A DNA stretch of 24,754 nucleotides from IMG/VR virus record IMGVR_UViG_3300020403_001989, positions 1 to 24,754 of that record; one strand, written 5' to 3'. The notes beneath the pieces were generated by a model, which was given only the letters and a program-made list of their open reading frames with translations, searched no databases and had not been told where the DNA came from. Below, piece by piece: positions 16,113-24,754 of this stretch. The number at the start of each line of letters is the position of its first letter. Position 1 is the stretch's first letter. Source of the DNA: a virus (Duplodnaviria; Caudoviricetes). Both the position numbers and the translations under genes were made by a program.

Positions 16113-17387
16113 ATGCCATCTTTTGCAAGCCTACAAGAACTTCAGACTGCAATTTCTCAGTTGGGTTATACTGAATTTGAAAAGAAGTCGTCACGTAAAC
16201 TTGTTATCCTTTTACCACGTGGTGGTGATAGGGCTGGTACACTAGATCAAGTGGCCACAAAGTACAAGAGCTATGGTGGTAAGTATAATGACAAGTCTAG
16301 TGAATCAAGTGTTGGCCGATCGGAGTTTACTGGAGGCTACACTGTTCTAGCAAAGATAAAAGGTGGTGGAGGTTCTGGTGCAGGATCCAGTTTAACTAAA
16401 CTTACTGAGTCAGCACAATGTGTGTACAATGCATGTCACTATGCTGGAGACAAATTTACTAACGCTAACCTTAAAAAGCATTCTGGTAAAGCTGACACCG
16501 ATGAGCAGCTAGATAACATTCTTAACAAGCTCCCTGATGATTGGATTGTTTCATCTAAACTTATAGCCGAGAAGTTGAAAAAACAATTTCCTGATAGAGG
16601 TAAAGGCTACGTACACCATAGAGGATCTTCTTGGGTAAATGCGCTGGAGTCTCATTGGAAAATATTAAACACTGAAGCAGGTAAGCCGTTTGCTAATCTC
16701 AATAAATGGTCACCAGCTGATATATGGATGGTATCATCTACTGGCTCTAGAGTCGATCTTACATCTACAAATAACATAGTGGAGTTAAATGAATTACTTG
16801 TTAAGATGCTCAAGTCTAAAGATATAGTTGGTGTATCGTTAAAGAAGGTCGTTAACATAGCAAATTACAAAGAACTTAATGTTGGTTTTAATAGACCGAC
16901 ATATAAGTTCGAATCTACAACAACTGGCCTGAGAGGCTTCTTTCAGTCTAACGATGGATATATGATGTTTGATGGAGGCAAGGCCCAGTTTAGAACATTT
17001 GGATCAACGTGGCAAGGTGAGTTGAAAGGTAAGAATGCTAACATGGGTAAGGTTTCTGGTGGGCCTATTGAATCTATTATTCGACTTCAGTTCAAGAAAA
17101 ACTTTGTACCTCAGAGACAATTGTCGAGTAGAACAGATAATGATATGAAGCAGTTTTACGATTGGTACTCATCCATATCATATCATGACGATATCAGCTA
17201 CGATGATTTTTATGCTGAGTCCGCTAAAAAAGATCAAACGTGGTACATATCAAAAATAATGACTACCCAGCTTATGAGCATTGTAGAGTCATTTTCAACA
17301 AAACAAAAAGACGAGTTTGCATCAGCTCTTGTTAATTATGCTGGCTCCGAGTCTGTGTTATCAGGCCCATATGTAAAGGTCTATTAA
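16113..17387 (+). CDS. Hypothetical protein with a putative PD-(D/E)xK nuclease-like core
   Basis: TESAQC...NKWSPADIW...VGVSLKK resembles the E...PD...xK layout. Function is inferred. Confidence 0.55.
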   Translation: MPSFASLQELQTAISQLGYTEFEKKSSRKLVILLPRGGDRAGTLDQVATKYKSYGGKYNDKSSESSVGRSEFTGGYTVLAKIKGGGGSGAGSSLTKLTESAQCVYNACHYAGDKFTNANLKKHSGKADTDEQLDNILNKLPDDWIVSSKLIAEKLKKQFPDRGKGYVHHRGSSWVNALESHWKILNTEAGKPFANLNKWSPADIWMVSSTGSRVDLTSTNNIVELNELLVKMLKSKDIVGVSLKKVVNIANYKELNVGFNRPTYKFESTTTGLRGFFQSNDGYMMFDGGKAQFRTFGSTWQGELKGKNANMGKVSGGPIESIIRLQFKKNFVPQRQLSSRTDNDMKQFYDWYSSISYHDDISYDDFYAESAKKDQTWYISKIMTTQLMSIVESFSTKQKDEFASALVNYAGSESVLSGPYVKVY

Positions 17388-18613
17388 TGAAAAAGTTCTC
17401 ATCAGTATTATCAGAATCTAAAAATACTCACATGGAGCACATTGAGGACATGGTCTTCAATGAAGGTGCTGCTGGTGCTCGAAGGGCTATCAATTCGTTG
17501 AGAAACTTGAGAGACATGCTAGCTGGTAATAGTAATAATAAAGTAAACGCTACCGTGAAGTGGGACGGTGCTCCAGCCATCTTTGCTGGTATCGATCCTA
17601 GTGATGGAAAATTCTTTGTTGCCAAAAAGGGGATATTTAATGTCAACCCACAACTCTTCAAAACCCAAGCAGACATCAACAAGGCATTATCGGGTGATCT
17701 CAGAGACAAGTTTACTATCGCCCTTAGAGAATTTCGCCGACTGGGCATTAAGCAAGGTGTCTTTCAAGGCGATCTCTTATTCACTAAAGGAGACGTGGAG
17801 ACGACTACCATATCTGACGAAAAGATGTATACATTCCATCCGAATACGATTGTATATGCTGTGCCTGTTACTTCTAGTCTCGGACAAAGAATTAGAAAGG
17901 CGTCTATCGGAATTGTCTGGCATACGAGTTACTCTGGAAGAAGTTTATCACAAATGAAGGCATCGTTCGGTAAAGGCATCACAAAGAAGATGAGACAAGT
18001 ACCTTCTGTATTCATGGACGATGCTACTTACCGAGACGTTACTGGTAACGCTAAGTTTACTAGTGGTGAAACTGTTAAATGCACTGCTTTAATTAGTATG
18101 GCTGGCAAGATGCTTAACACTATCTCCGGCGACGTGCTCAGAATGATCGCTGAAGACGATGAGCTCAAAGGTAAGATAAAGACATATAACAATACCTATG
18201 TCAGAGCTGGTGAGCCTTTTCCCAATCCACAAAAGCACGTCCGTGGTCTTCTTAACTACATCGAGCAGTGGTACGATAAAGAGATAAGTACTAAGAAACA
18301 GCAAAAGACTAAGGACGAGTGGACTGCTAGAAAGAAAGCTGTCCTTGGAAAGGTGTTTGGTAACGTATCTGACCTTACTAATATCTTTTCATTTATGAAT
18401 ATGATCATTCAAGCTAAGCAAATGATTATAGATAAAATGAACAGAGCTTCTAATATGAAAGTGTTTCTTAAAACACGTGATGGTTTCAAAGTAACAAATC
18501 CCGAAGGCTTTGTTGCCATAGATAAAGTAGAAGGTGCTGTCAAGTTGGTTGACAGGTTACAGTTCTCACACGCAAACTTCTCACCAGATGTATTGAAAGG
18601 CTGGCAGAAATAA
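17387..18613 (+). CDS. Conserved T4-like phage protein with ligase/covalent nucleotidyltransferase-like motifs
   Basis: KWDG (motif I), FQGDLL (III), EGFV (IV), VKLV (V). N-terminus MKKFSSVLSE then KNTHMEHIED. Confidence 0.65.
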   Translation: MKKFSSVLSESKNTHMEHIEDMVFNEGAAGARRAINSLRNLRDMLAGNSNNKVNATVKWDGAPAIFAGIDPSDGKFFVAKKGIFNVNPQLFKTQADINKALSGDLRDKFTIALREFRRLGIKQGVFQGDLLFTKGDVETTTISDEKMYTFHPNTIVYAVPVTSSLGQRIRKASIGIVWHTSYSGRSLSQMKASFGKGITKKMRQVPSVFMDDATYRDVTGNAKFTSGETVKCTALISMAGKMLNTISGDVLRMIAEDDELKGKIKTYNNTYVRAGEPFPNPQKHVRGLLNYIEQWYDKEISTKKQQKTKDEWTARKKAVLGKVFGNVSDLTNIFSFMNMIIQAKQMIIDKMNRASNMKVFLKTRDGFKVTNPEGFVAIDKVEGAVKLVDRLQFSHANFSPDVLKGWQK

Positions 18614-18616
18614 ATA
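18610..18616 (+). promoter_or_regulatory. Candidate T4-like late promoter (ATAAATA)
   Basis: Matches 7 of 8 bases of TATAAATA and lies about 35 nt before an ATG with an AAGGA RBS. Confidence 0.5.
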
Positions 18617-18649
18617 ATAACAAAAGCGATAAGTCTAAGGAAAACTCGC

Positions 18650-21232
18650 ATGGAAAAAACAGTATTTACATTTGGTAGGTTGAACCCACCTACTGTCGGT
18701 CACGAGAAGCTCGTCGATAAGGTCAAGCAGGTTGCAAAGCGACTTGGTGCTGAACCCCACGTCTTCCTCTCCCACAGTCAAAATTCTAAGAAAGATCCTC
18801 TTAACTATAACCAAAAGTTTAAGTATGCTAAGCAGGCTTTTGGTAAAATAGTTTACAAGTCCAATGCGCGCACCGTTATTCAGATAATGCAAGAGCTTGA
18901 AAAGATGAATCACAAAGACGTTGTGATGGTCGTTGGTTCTGATCGTGTGCAAGAGTTCCGTACTTTACTCAATAAGTACAACGGCAAGGATTATACTTTT
19001 AACAGTATCAAGGTAGTGTCTGCTGGTGAGAGAGATCCAGACGCTGAAGGCGTGTCTGGTATGTCGGCGTCTAAGATGCGCGCTGCTGTGTCAGCAGGAG
19101 ACCAGTCATCATTTATGAAGGGTGTCCCTTCTAAACTATCAAGACAATCAGCAGCTAGAATGTATTCAGACTTGAGGTCAGCTATGAACATTACAGAAGA
19201 CTTTAATGAATTCGATTGGGATCTGTGGGCAGAGACAGTTGACATTGATGAAGTAGAAATTATAGACGAAGCAGTTCTTTCGTTCTCACAACGAATAAAG
19301 CGCGCTCGTACAATGAAAAGACTTGCTCCACGTATGAAGAACCTTCGTCGCATCAAGAAGTTTCGCATGGCAGACAAGAATATCTTAATGAAGCGAGCTC
19401 GCAAGCAGGCTATCAGTTTGTTTAGAAAGAAAGTTGCTGGTGATAAAGGTGCACATTACTCACAGCTGTCTCCTGCTGCTAAGATTTCCATTGATAAATT
19501 AGTTCAGAAGAAAATGCCCGCGGTAACTAAACTAGCTCAGCGTCTACTTCCAAAGGTCCGAAAAGCAGAGATAGAAAGGTTAAGAACTGCTCGTAAGACA
19601 AACGAGTCACTCGAAGAAGGTAATAAGGCACAGCTTGGTATACCAGCTAATGCTACTAATGCTCAGTTAAGAAAGATTCGTAGCAGCGACTCATCGACTA
19701 AACAACAGAAGCAGAGAGCACACTGGCTACTTAATATGCGTAAAGAGGAAGACGAGTCTTTAGATGAGAAATGCTGGCCTGGTTATAAAGAAGTCGGTGG
19801 TAAAATGAAGAACGGTAAGATGGTTCCCAACTGTGTACCTGAGGAACTAGATGATAAAGATGTACCAAAAGTTAAAAAGATTATTAAGAAACTTAAAGGT
19901 GCAAGCAAGGCTCATGCTGGTCAAGCAAAGGACCTAGAAAAAGCAGTTAACGAAAAACCTGAAGTACCTCAGGATCAAGATATTCAAGACCGTAAGGGAA
20001 CTCAACCTAAGAAGTACTTTAAGGATCTTTCAAAGTCTACTAAGACTGCTCGTGATGCACACTTTAAAAAATATGCTAAAAAGGATGATAGCAATCCTGA
20101 CAACTACAAACCGGCTCCGGGTGACAAGAAGGGTAAAACTAAACCATCAGTTCACACTAAAAAATATAAGCAGATGTACGGAGAAGATTATAATACACCT
20201 GCAGCGGAAAAGGTAGATGCGAACAAGACTTACAAAAGGTTCGCTGCTTTAACAGATTTAGATTTGAACACATACAACCGTAACCTAACTATAGATGAGT
20301 ATTCATACGGTCCTGCTAATCCTGATAATGAGAAAGACTCACAAATGTTTTGGGAGAAGAAGGCTGATCTTTGGAACTGTAGTGTAGATCAAGTCAAGTC
20401 TATGAGATGTAACAACTGCTCTGCTTTTAATCAATCAGATCAAGTTAAGAAAATGATGAGCGATGCTTTGGGTCCAAAAGGTAAAGACATTACCGAAATG
20501 GCCGATCTTGGATATTGTGAATTCTTTGAATTTAAATGTGCTGGAGAAAGAACTTGTGACGCGTGGGTTGGTGGAGGTCCTATAAAAGAAAGTAACGGAC
20601 AGACTGATGATGTAGCAGACATAGTCCCGGACCGTATTCGTATTTCTATGATTTCTGGATCTAAGAAACGTTTCCTTAACGATAAGTTTGAAAAGATGCT
20701 CGAACAGGATAATGTTACGAGAACTAAGGACAGGCATTCAGACGAAAAGGAACGGTTAAAGACTCAGCACAAGCGAGAGAAAGAACAACAGAAAGCTGCT
20801 CACGACAGACAGCTTGACCGTTCTAAAATTAGAGACATTAGGACTGAGAGCTTAGATGAAATGTTCGAAGCAATGCAGCGCAAGCAGCAGAAAGGTAGTT
20901 CATCTATTGTACCCCGTAATAACTACATGCTTGATGAAAAGCAGATTGATGCGTTGAAAAAGAAAGCTGAAAAGTCTGGCATCCCTTATGGTACTTTGAA
21001 GAAGGTATACAATAGAGGTATGGCAGCTTGGAAGAGTGGCCACCGTCCTGGCACTACTCCCCAGCAATGGGCCTTTGCTAGAGTAAACAGTTTTGTAACA
21101 AAAAGTAAGGGCACGTGGGGTGGGGCTGATAAAGACTTGGCTGCTAAGGTGCGTAAGGAGGAAGGCGGAGCTGGTGAAGAAGGTTCTAGTCGACTCTCTA
21201 ATAAGTATAAAAAAGATACACCAGGAGAATAA
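18650..21232 (+). CDS. 860-aa modular protein: N-terminal cytidyltransferase-like (HIGH-family) nucleotidyltransferase followed by many small modules
   Basis: FGRLNPPTVGH, KDPL, VVGSDR and MSASKMR in the first ~180 aa. Then basic and Cys-rich modules separated by acidic linkers. Confidence 0.8.
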   Translation: MEKTVFTFGRLNPPTVGHEKLVDKVKQVAKRLGAEPHVFLSHSQNSKKDPLNYNQKFKYAKQAFGKIVYKSNARTVIQIMQELEKMNHKDVVMVVGSDRVQEFRTLLNKYNGKDYTFNSIKVVSAGERDPDAEGVSGMSASKMRAAVSAGDQSSFMKGVPSKLSRQSAARMYSDLRSAMNITEDFNEFDWDLWAETVDIDEVEIIDEAVLSFSQRIKRARTMKRLAPRMKNLRRIKKFRMADKNILMKRARKQAISLFRKKVAGDKGAHYSQLSPAAKISIDKLVQKKMPAVTKLAQRLLPKVRKAEIERLRTARKTNESLEEGNKAQLGIPANATNAQLRKIRSSDSSTKQQKQRAHWLLNMRKEEDESLDEKCWPGYKEVGGKMKNGKMVPNCVPEELDDKDVPKVKKIIKKLKGASKAHAGQAKDLEKAVNEKPEVPQDQDIQDRKGTQPKKYFKDLSKSTKTARDAHFKKYAKKDDSNPDNYKPAPGDKKGKTKPSVHTKKYKQMYGEDYNTPAAEKVDANKTYKRFAALTDLDLNTYNRNLTIDEYSYGPANPDNEKDSQMFWEKKADLWNCSVDQVKSMRCNNCSAFNQSDQVKKMMSDALGPKGKDITEMADLGYCEFFEFKCAGERTCDAWVGGGPIKESNGQTDDVADIVPDRIRISMISGSKKRFLNDKFEKMLEQDNVTRTKDRHSDEKERLKTQHKREKEQQKAAHDRQLDRSKIRDIRTESLDEMFEAMQRKQQKGSSSIVPRNNYMLDEKQIDALKKKAEKSGIPYGTLKKVYNRGMAAWKSGHRPGTTPQQWAFARVNSFVTKSKGTWGGADKDLAAKVRKEEGGAGEEGSSRLSNKYKKDTPGE

Positions 21233-21233
21233 G

Positions 21234-21503
21234 ATGTTAAAATTTAGCCAGTACATTGAAGAGGCTACTTATCAGGGTAAAAAAGTTACTCTTAATAAGC
21301 CTATGCCTGGTGATGTAAAAAAGTCTAAGGTGTATGTTGATCCTGATGGTGATGGTAAAGCCAAGAAGGTAAACTTTGGTGACAAGAATATGAAGATCAA
21401 GAAGAATAATCCAGCTCGCCGAAAATCTTTCCGAGCTAGACATAATTGTGATAACCCCGGTCCAAAAGATAAGGCAAGATACTGGAGTTGCAAAGCCTGG
21501 TAA
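21234..21503 (+). CDS. Small basic phage protein, probably virion-associated
   Basis: AGGAG RBS; MLKFSQYIEE...VNFGD...RRKSFRARHNC...YWSCKAW. Confidence 0.75.
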   Translation: MLKFSQYIEEATYQGKKVTLNKPMPGDVKKSKVYVDPDGDGKAKKVNFGDKNMKIKKNNPARRKSFRARHNCDNPGPKDKARYWSCKAW

Positions 21504-21509
21504 CAATCT

Positions 21510-22055
21510 ATGGATTTGAAATGTGAGAGAATCCTAGATGATAGTGATTTAGACTTCCTGAGAGACCTATCAAAAGAACTGAAGTGGAAAGAGATTTATC
21601 AGCTTTGGAATGTATTCAAATGCCGTATATCTCGACCACACGGCAGAGACAAGCACATTACTGAGAAAATGAAAACCCTTTTGGGTATAGATTTTGATTG
21701 TGACGGAATTACTTATTTTCTTGATTATGTGCCGGGATCATTTACAAGGATGCATCACGACCGTGACTCTGAGTTAACTGTTATTACAATCTTGGAACAA
21801 AACAACTTGGTTGGAGGCTACAGTTTATTCTACGATAATTATCTTTGCCCTGAGGGTGGAAGACCTAACACATTAGTGTGTCGTAGAGATGATAAAGAGA
21901 AGGAGTCACCACCATACAATCAACCAATAATTCCTGTTGTAGTTTCTCCTAAGGTAGGGGATAGTCTAATCTATGACAAACATCTTAACCATGGTGTGTC
22001 TAGAGTTCAGTCAGGAAATAGAATAGTATTTGTTTGTTGGTTTAGAAAGAAATAG
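21510..22055 (+). CDS. 2OG-Fe(II) oxygenase superfamily protein
   Basis: HxD (HHD), LVGG, distal HGV, and RIVFVCW. Confidence 0.8.
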   Translation: MDLKCERILDDSDLDFLRDLSKELKWKEIYQLWNVFKCRISRPHGRDKHITEKMKTLLGIDFDCDGITYFLDYVPGSFTRMHHDRDSELTVITILEQNNLVGGYSLFYDNYLCPEGGRPNTLVCRRDDKEKESPPYNQPIIPVVVSPKVGDSLIYDKHLNHGVSRVQSGNRIVFVCWFRKK

Positions 22056-22062
22056 GTTTGTT

Positions 22063-22635
22063 ATGAGAGGAATGCAGGCGATTGAAAGAGTCGTCGAGTA
22101 TGGTGACGTTGATACTGTACTAGATATTGGATCGTGGAATGGCGATCATGCTAACTATCTTAGGGGCCATGGTAAGACAGTTAGCACAGTAGACTTTAAT
22201 GTCAAGGCTGACTATCAAGGAAATTATCTTGATCTAGATCTGCCACAGTTTGATTGTATATGGTGCTCGCATACCTTAGAGCATCAGACCAATCCAGGTA
22301 CGTTTCTTTTAAAGTGTTGGAACGACCTTAAAGATAATGGACTGCTTGCTGTTACTGTTCCCAGTATGGAAAAGTATGGAACTAAAGTAGTAGATGGCCA
22401 CATGACATATTGGAATGCTGGTGTACTACTCTACCATCTTATCCTTACAGGTTTTGATTGCAGTGAAGCTAGAGTAGCAACATATAACAACGAAGTGTCT
22501 GTGCTTGTTCGAAAGGTTAAAGCTAACCTTCCCAGAATATCAAGTGACAGAGGTGAGATAGATAGATTATCTAAGTTCTTCCCTATTGATGTATCACAAG
22601 GGTTTGATGGATCAATAAAGGAGACTAACTGGTGA
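22063..22635 (+). CDS. Class I SAM-dependent methyltransferase
   Basis: VLDIGSWNG, FDCIWCSHTLEH, LKDNGLLAVTVP. Confidence 0.85.
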   Translation: MRGMQAIERVVEYGDVDTVLDIGSWNGDHANYLRGHGKTVSTVDFNVKADYQGNYLDLDLPQFDCIWCSHTLEHQTNPGTFLLKCWNDLKDNGLLAVTVPSMEKYGTKVVDGHMTYWNAGVLLYHLILTGFDCSEARVATYNNEVSVLVRKVKANLPRISSDRGEIDRLSKFFPIDVSQGFDGSIKETNW

Positions 22636-23555
22636 AAGCTGGTATAGTTGTAAATGATAGTGGTGCCATCTATCGAAACGCTGCACTTGCGTTTGGTAAG
22701 TTGTTTGACGAGGTATATCTTTGTAATGAGAGCACACTAACAGATGAGCTTGACACTTGTGACATGTTTGTGGTTATCGGTAACTATTTTATAAACTACT
22801 ACACACAAAGAGCCGGCCCAGTAAAGAAATACGTTGCAGCTAGTGGTAAGCCATTCATAGTTGTAACAGGAAGTTTGTTTAACACAAAGAACCCACACAA
22901 GTATGTAAGACTTAACGTCAATGGGTTCTGTAACAACTTTGCTATGATGCCACCAAGTAGTCCTGAAAGACTCATAAAGCTAATGTCTTTTCATAACCTG
23001 CAGCACATAGGCAAACACACGAGAGGAGACAAAATAGTAATAGCACCTAATGCATTAGCATCTCCTATGATGTTTGGTAAAGATGTTAACAAGTGGGTCT
23101 ACTTCTTGATGGATCAATTAGAAGATATAACCGATAGACCAATACAATTGAGATATCATAGGAAAGCTGTTATTGAACCAAGCGCATGGATGAGTAGAAT
23201 TCATAAACGGTTTGGAGACATTATAGATATCTACACAGATCAAAAAAGTGATAATGGTCCATTAGAAGACGCATACTGTGCTATTACTTACAATTCAACA
23301 TTTAGTGTGCTATCACTGTTATCTGGTTCAAGTAACATAACAATGCATCCTGGTAACTTTGTATACGAGATTACTAAGAATAGTTTAAGCGAAGAAAACC
23401 TTACATACTATCCAGGATACAATGAGATTGAAAGTCACTATAGTAAACTAGCTAACATGGAATGGAGTGTTAGTGAAATAGAGGACGGTTCAGCTTGGGA
23501 GGTGTTGGGTCCCATGGTTGAAGAGAATATACAGTTGAATAGGCAATGGTTATGA
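22632..23555 (+). CDS. Putative GT-B glycosyltransferase-like protein (capsule-synthesis KpsC/S-like C-terminus)
   Basis: IQLRYH, AITYNSTFSVLSLLSG, WSVSEIEDG. Glyco-gene context. Confidence 0.5.
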   Translation: MKAGIVVNDSGAIYRNAALAFGKLFDEVYLCNESTLTDELDTCDMFVVIGNYFINYYTQRAGPVKKYVAASGKPFIVVTGSLFNTKNPHKYVRLNVNGFCNNFAMMPPSSPERLIKLMSFHNLQHIGKHTRGDKIVIAPNALASPMMFGKDVNKWVYFLMDQLEDITDRPIQLRYHRKAVIEPSAWMSRIHKRFGDIIDIYTDQKSDNGPLEDAYCAITYNSTFSVLSLLSGSSNITMHPGNFVYEITKNSLSEENLTYYPGYNEIESHYSKLANMEWSVSEIEDGSAWEVLGPMVEENIQLNRQWL

Positions 23556-23752
23556 AGTGGTTGGATAGATTAATGGGTATACCTTTAGAGGAAAACCCAA
23601 TTGATAAAGCTATAACCGAAAAGGGACAACACCCTGAGGTAAATAAAGTATATGAAGCAAGGTGGGTTTGGTACCATACCATCCTGGCTATTGAAATTGG
23701 ATTTACAAATATACTTCTTTTGTTGATCCTTGCTGTACTAGCGTTTAAGTGA
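23552..23752 (+). CDS. Small protein with C-terminal TM helix
   Basis: ATGA overlap; hydrophobic C-terminus. Confidence 0.7.
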   Translation: MKWLDRLMGIPLEENPIDKAITEKGQHPEVNKVYEARWVWYHTILAIEIGFTNILLLLILAVLAFK

Positions 23753-23759
23753 GATTGAT

Positions 23760-24527
23760 ATGTTAACTGTGTATGTTGGTTGGGACTCGAAGGAGCCCGA
23801 AGCGTTTGATGTATGTAAGCATAGTATTGAAGAGACTGCGTCTAAGCCTGTATCGGTTATACCGTTAAAGAAAAAGCAGTTTATTGAAAGACAGTTGTAC
23901 TGGCGACAAGAAGATAGTAGAGACAGTACAGAATTTACAATGACAAGATTTATGGTACCTTGGTTAAATGGATACTATGGTAAAGCAATCTTTTGTGATT
24001 GCGACTTCTTGTTTGAGACAGATATCATGGAGTTGGTAGATCAGTTTGATAAAACCAAAGCAGTACAGGTTGTCAAACACGATTATACTCCAAAAGAAAA
24101 GACCAAGTTTCATGGACACGTACAGCACGTTTATCCAAGAAAGAACTGGTCTAGCCTAGTAATGTGGAACTGCGCACACGAAGCAAACAGGTCCCTAAAC
24201 TTAGATGTGATAAATAGTAAGGACCCAAGCTATTTGCATCAGTTTAAATGGCTTCAAGATGATGAGATTGGTGAGCTTAGCCACGAATGGAATTGGCTAG
24301 AGGGACACTATCAAGAACCTAAAGATGGTAGTCCAAAGGCAATACACTTCACCAGGGGTGGTCCTTGGTTTGAAGGATACGAGAACGTACAGTATGCAGA
24401 CCGATGGTTGGCTGCACAGAAGAGGTTAAAAGAAAAAGATGACGACTCACCGCTCACTCGAGAACTCAATCAGAGACATAATGGCGACGACTTCAATCCA
24501 GAGTACGCCTTTAGAAGAATCGGTTGA
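23760..24527 (+). CDS. GT-A fold glycosyltransferase (GT8-like)
   Basis: STEFTMTRF, DxD motif (DCD), YPRKNWSS, WNWL, IHFTRGGPW. Confidence 0.85.
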   Translation: MLTVYVGWDSKEPEAFDVCKHSIEETASKPVSVIPLKKKQFIERQLYWRQEDSRDSTEFTMTRFMVPWLNGYYGKAIFCDCDFLFETDIMELVDQFDKTKAVQVVKHDYTPKEKTKFHGHVQHVYPRKNWSSLVMWNCAHEANRSLNLDVINSKDPSYLHQFKWLQDDEIGELSHEWNWLEGHYQEPKDGSPKAIHFTRGGPWFEGYENVQYADRWLAAQKRLKEKDDDSPLTRELNQRHNGDDFNPEYAFRRIG

Positions 24528-24754
24528 AGAGATAGTTGAACAAGATCCACTTCTTGCTGATGAACTACCAGTTACTGAAAACGGTCAAGACGTTGAACAC
24601 GTAGAACAAGAAGAGATTGTTGAAGCTCAAGAACCAGAAACTTTATCAGACGACTCAGCTGACCTTGAAGAAGAGCAGCTCGATGAAAAAAAGCTGGATT
24701 CCTTTGGCCGTATGGTACGATACACTACACGAGGCGGTAAGACAGCTGACTACA
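24481..24754 (+). CDS. Partial ORF with very acidic N-terminus (runs off window)
   Basis: MATTSIQSTPLEESVEEIVEQD...LEEEQLDEKKLDSFGRMVRY..., open to the window end. Confidence 0.7.
   Translation, partial: MATTSIQSTPLEESVEEIVEQDPLLADELPVTENGQDVEHVEQEEIVEAQEPETLSDDSADLEEEQLDEKKLDSFGRMVRYTTRGGKTADY

Noticed and set aside
18650-19190. Assigning the nucleotidyltransferase domain as the missing HldE adenylyltransferase
   Set aside because: Its motifs (FGRLNPPTVGH, SASKMR) differ from the HldE pattern (GCFDILHAGH), and it lies far from the hld cluster.
147-23682. All minus-strand ORFs and nested alternative-frame plus ORFs in the track
   Set aside because: They are shadows of well-supported plus-strand genes and show no recognisable motifs.

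Overview
This window is a gene-dense, all-plus-strand segment of a T4-like (Tevenvirinae/Kyanoviridae-type) myophage, probably marine and infecting a heterotrophic proteobacterium (host is inferred). In order it contains: (1) the replication core (3' end of gp43 DNA polymerase, UvsX, a gene in the gp40 position, gp41 helicase); (2) ADP-heptose/sugar-nucleotide genes (HldE-type kinase, HldD epimerase, cupin); (3) a translationally coupled auxiliary metabolic block of isocitrate lyase, lipoprotein cytochrome c, alternative oxidase, radical SAM and a Bfd-like ferredoxin missed by the ORF track, interleaved with tiny membrane peptides; (4) an early-type region with two matching sigma70 promoters, an inverted repeat, small HTH-like genes, tRNA-Pro(TGG) and an HExxH protein; (5) a late-type block of a nuclease-like gene, a ligase-like gene and an 860-aa modular nucleotidyltransferase with T4 prohead-protease-like sites; (6) 2OG-Fe(II) oxygenase, methyltransferase and glycosyltransferase genes. 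All calls come from motif recognition by eye; no database searches were run.
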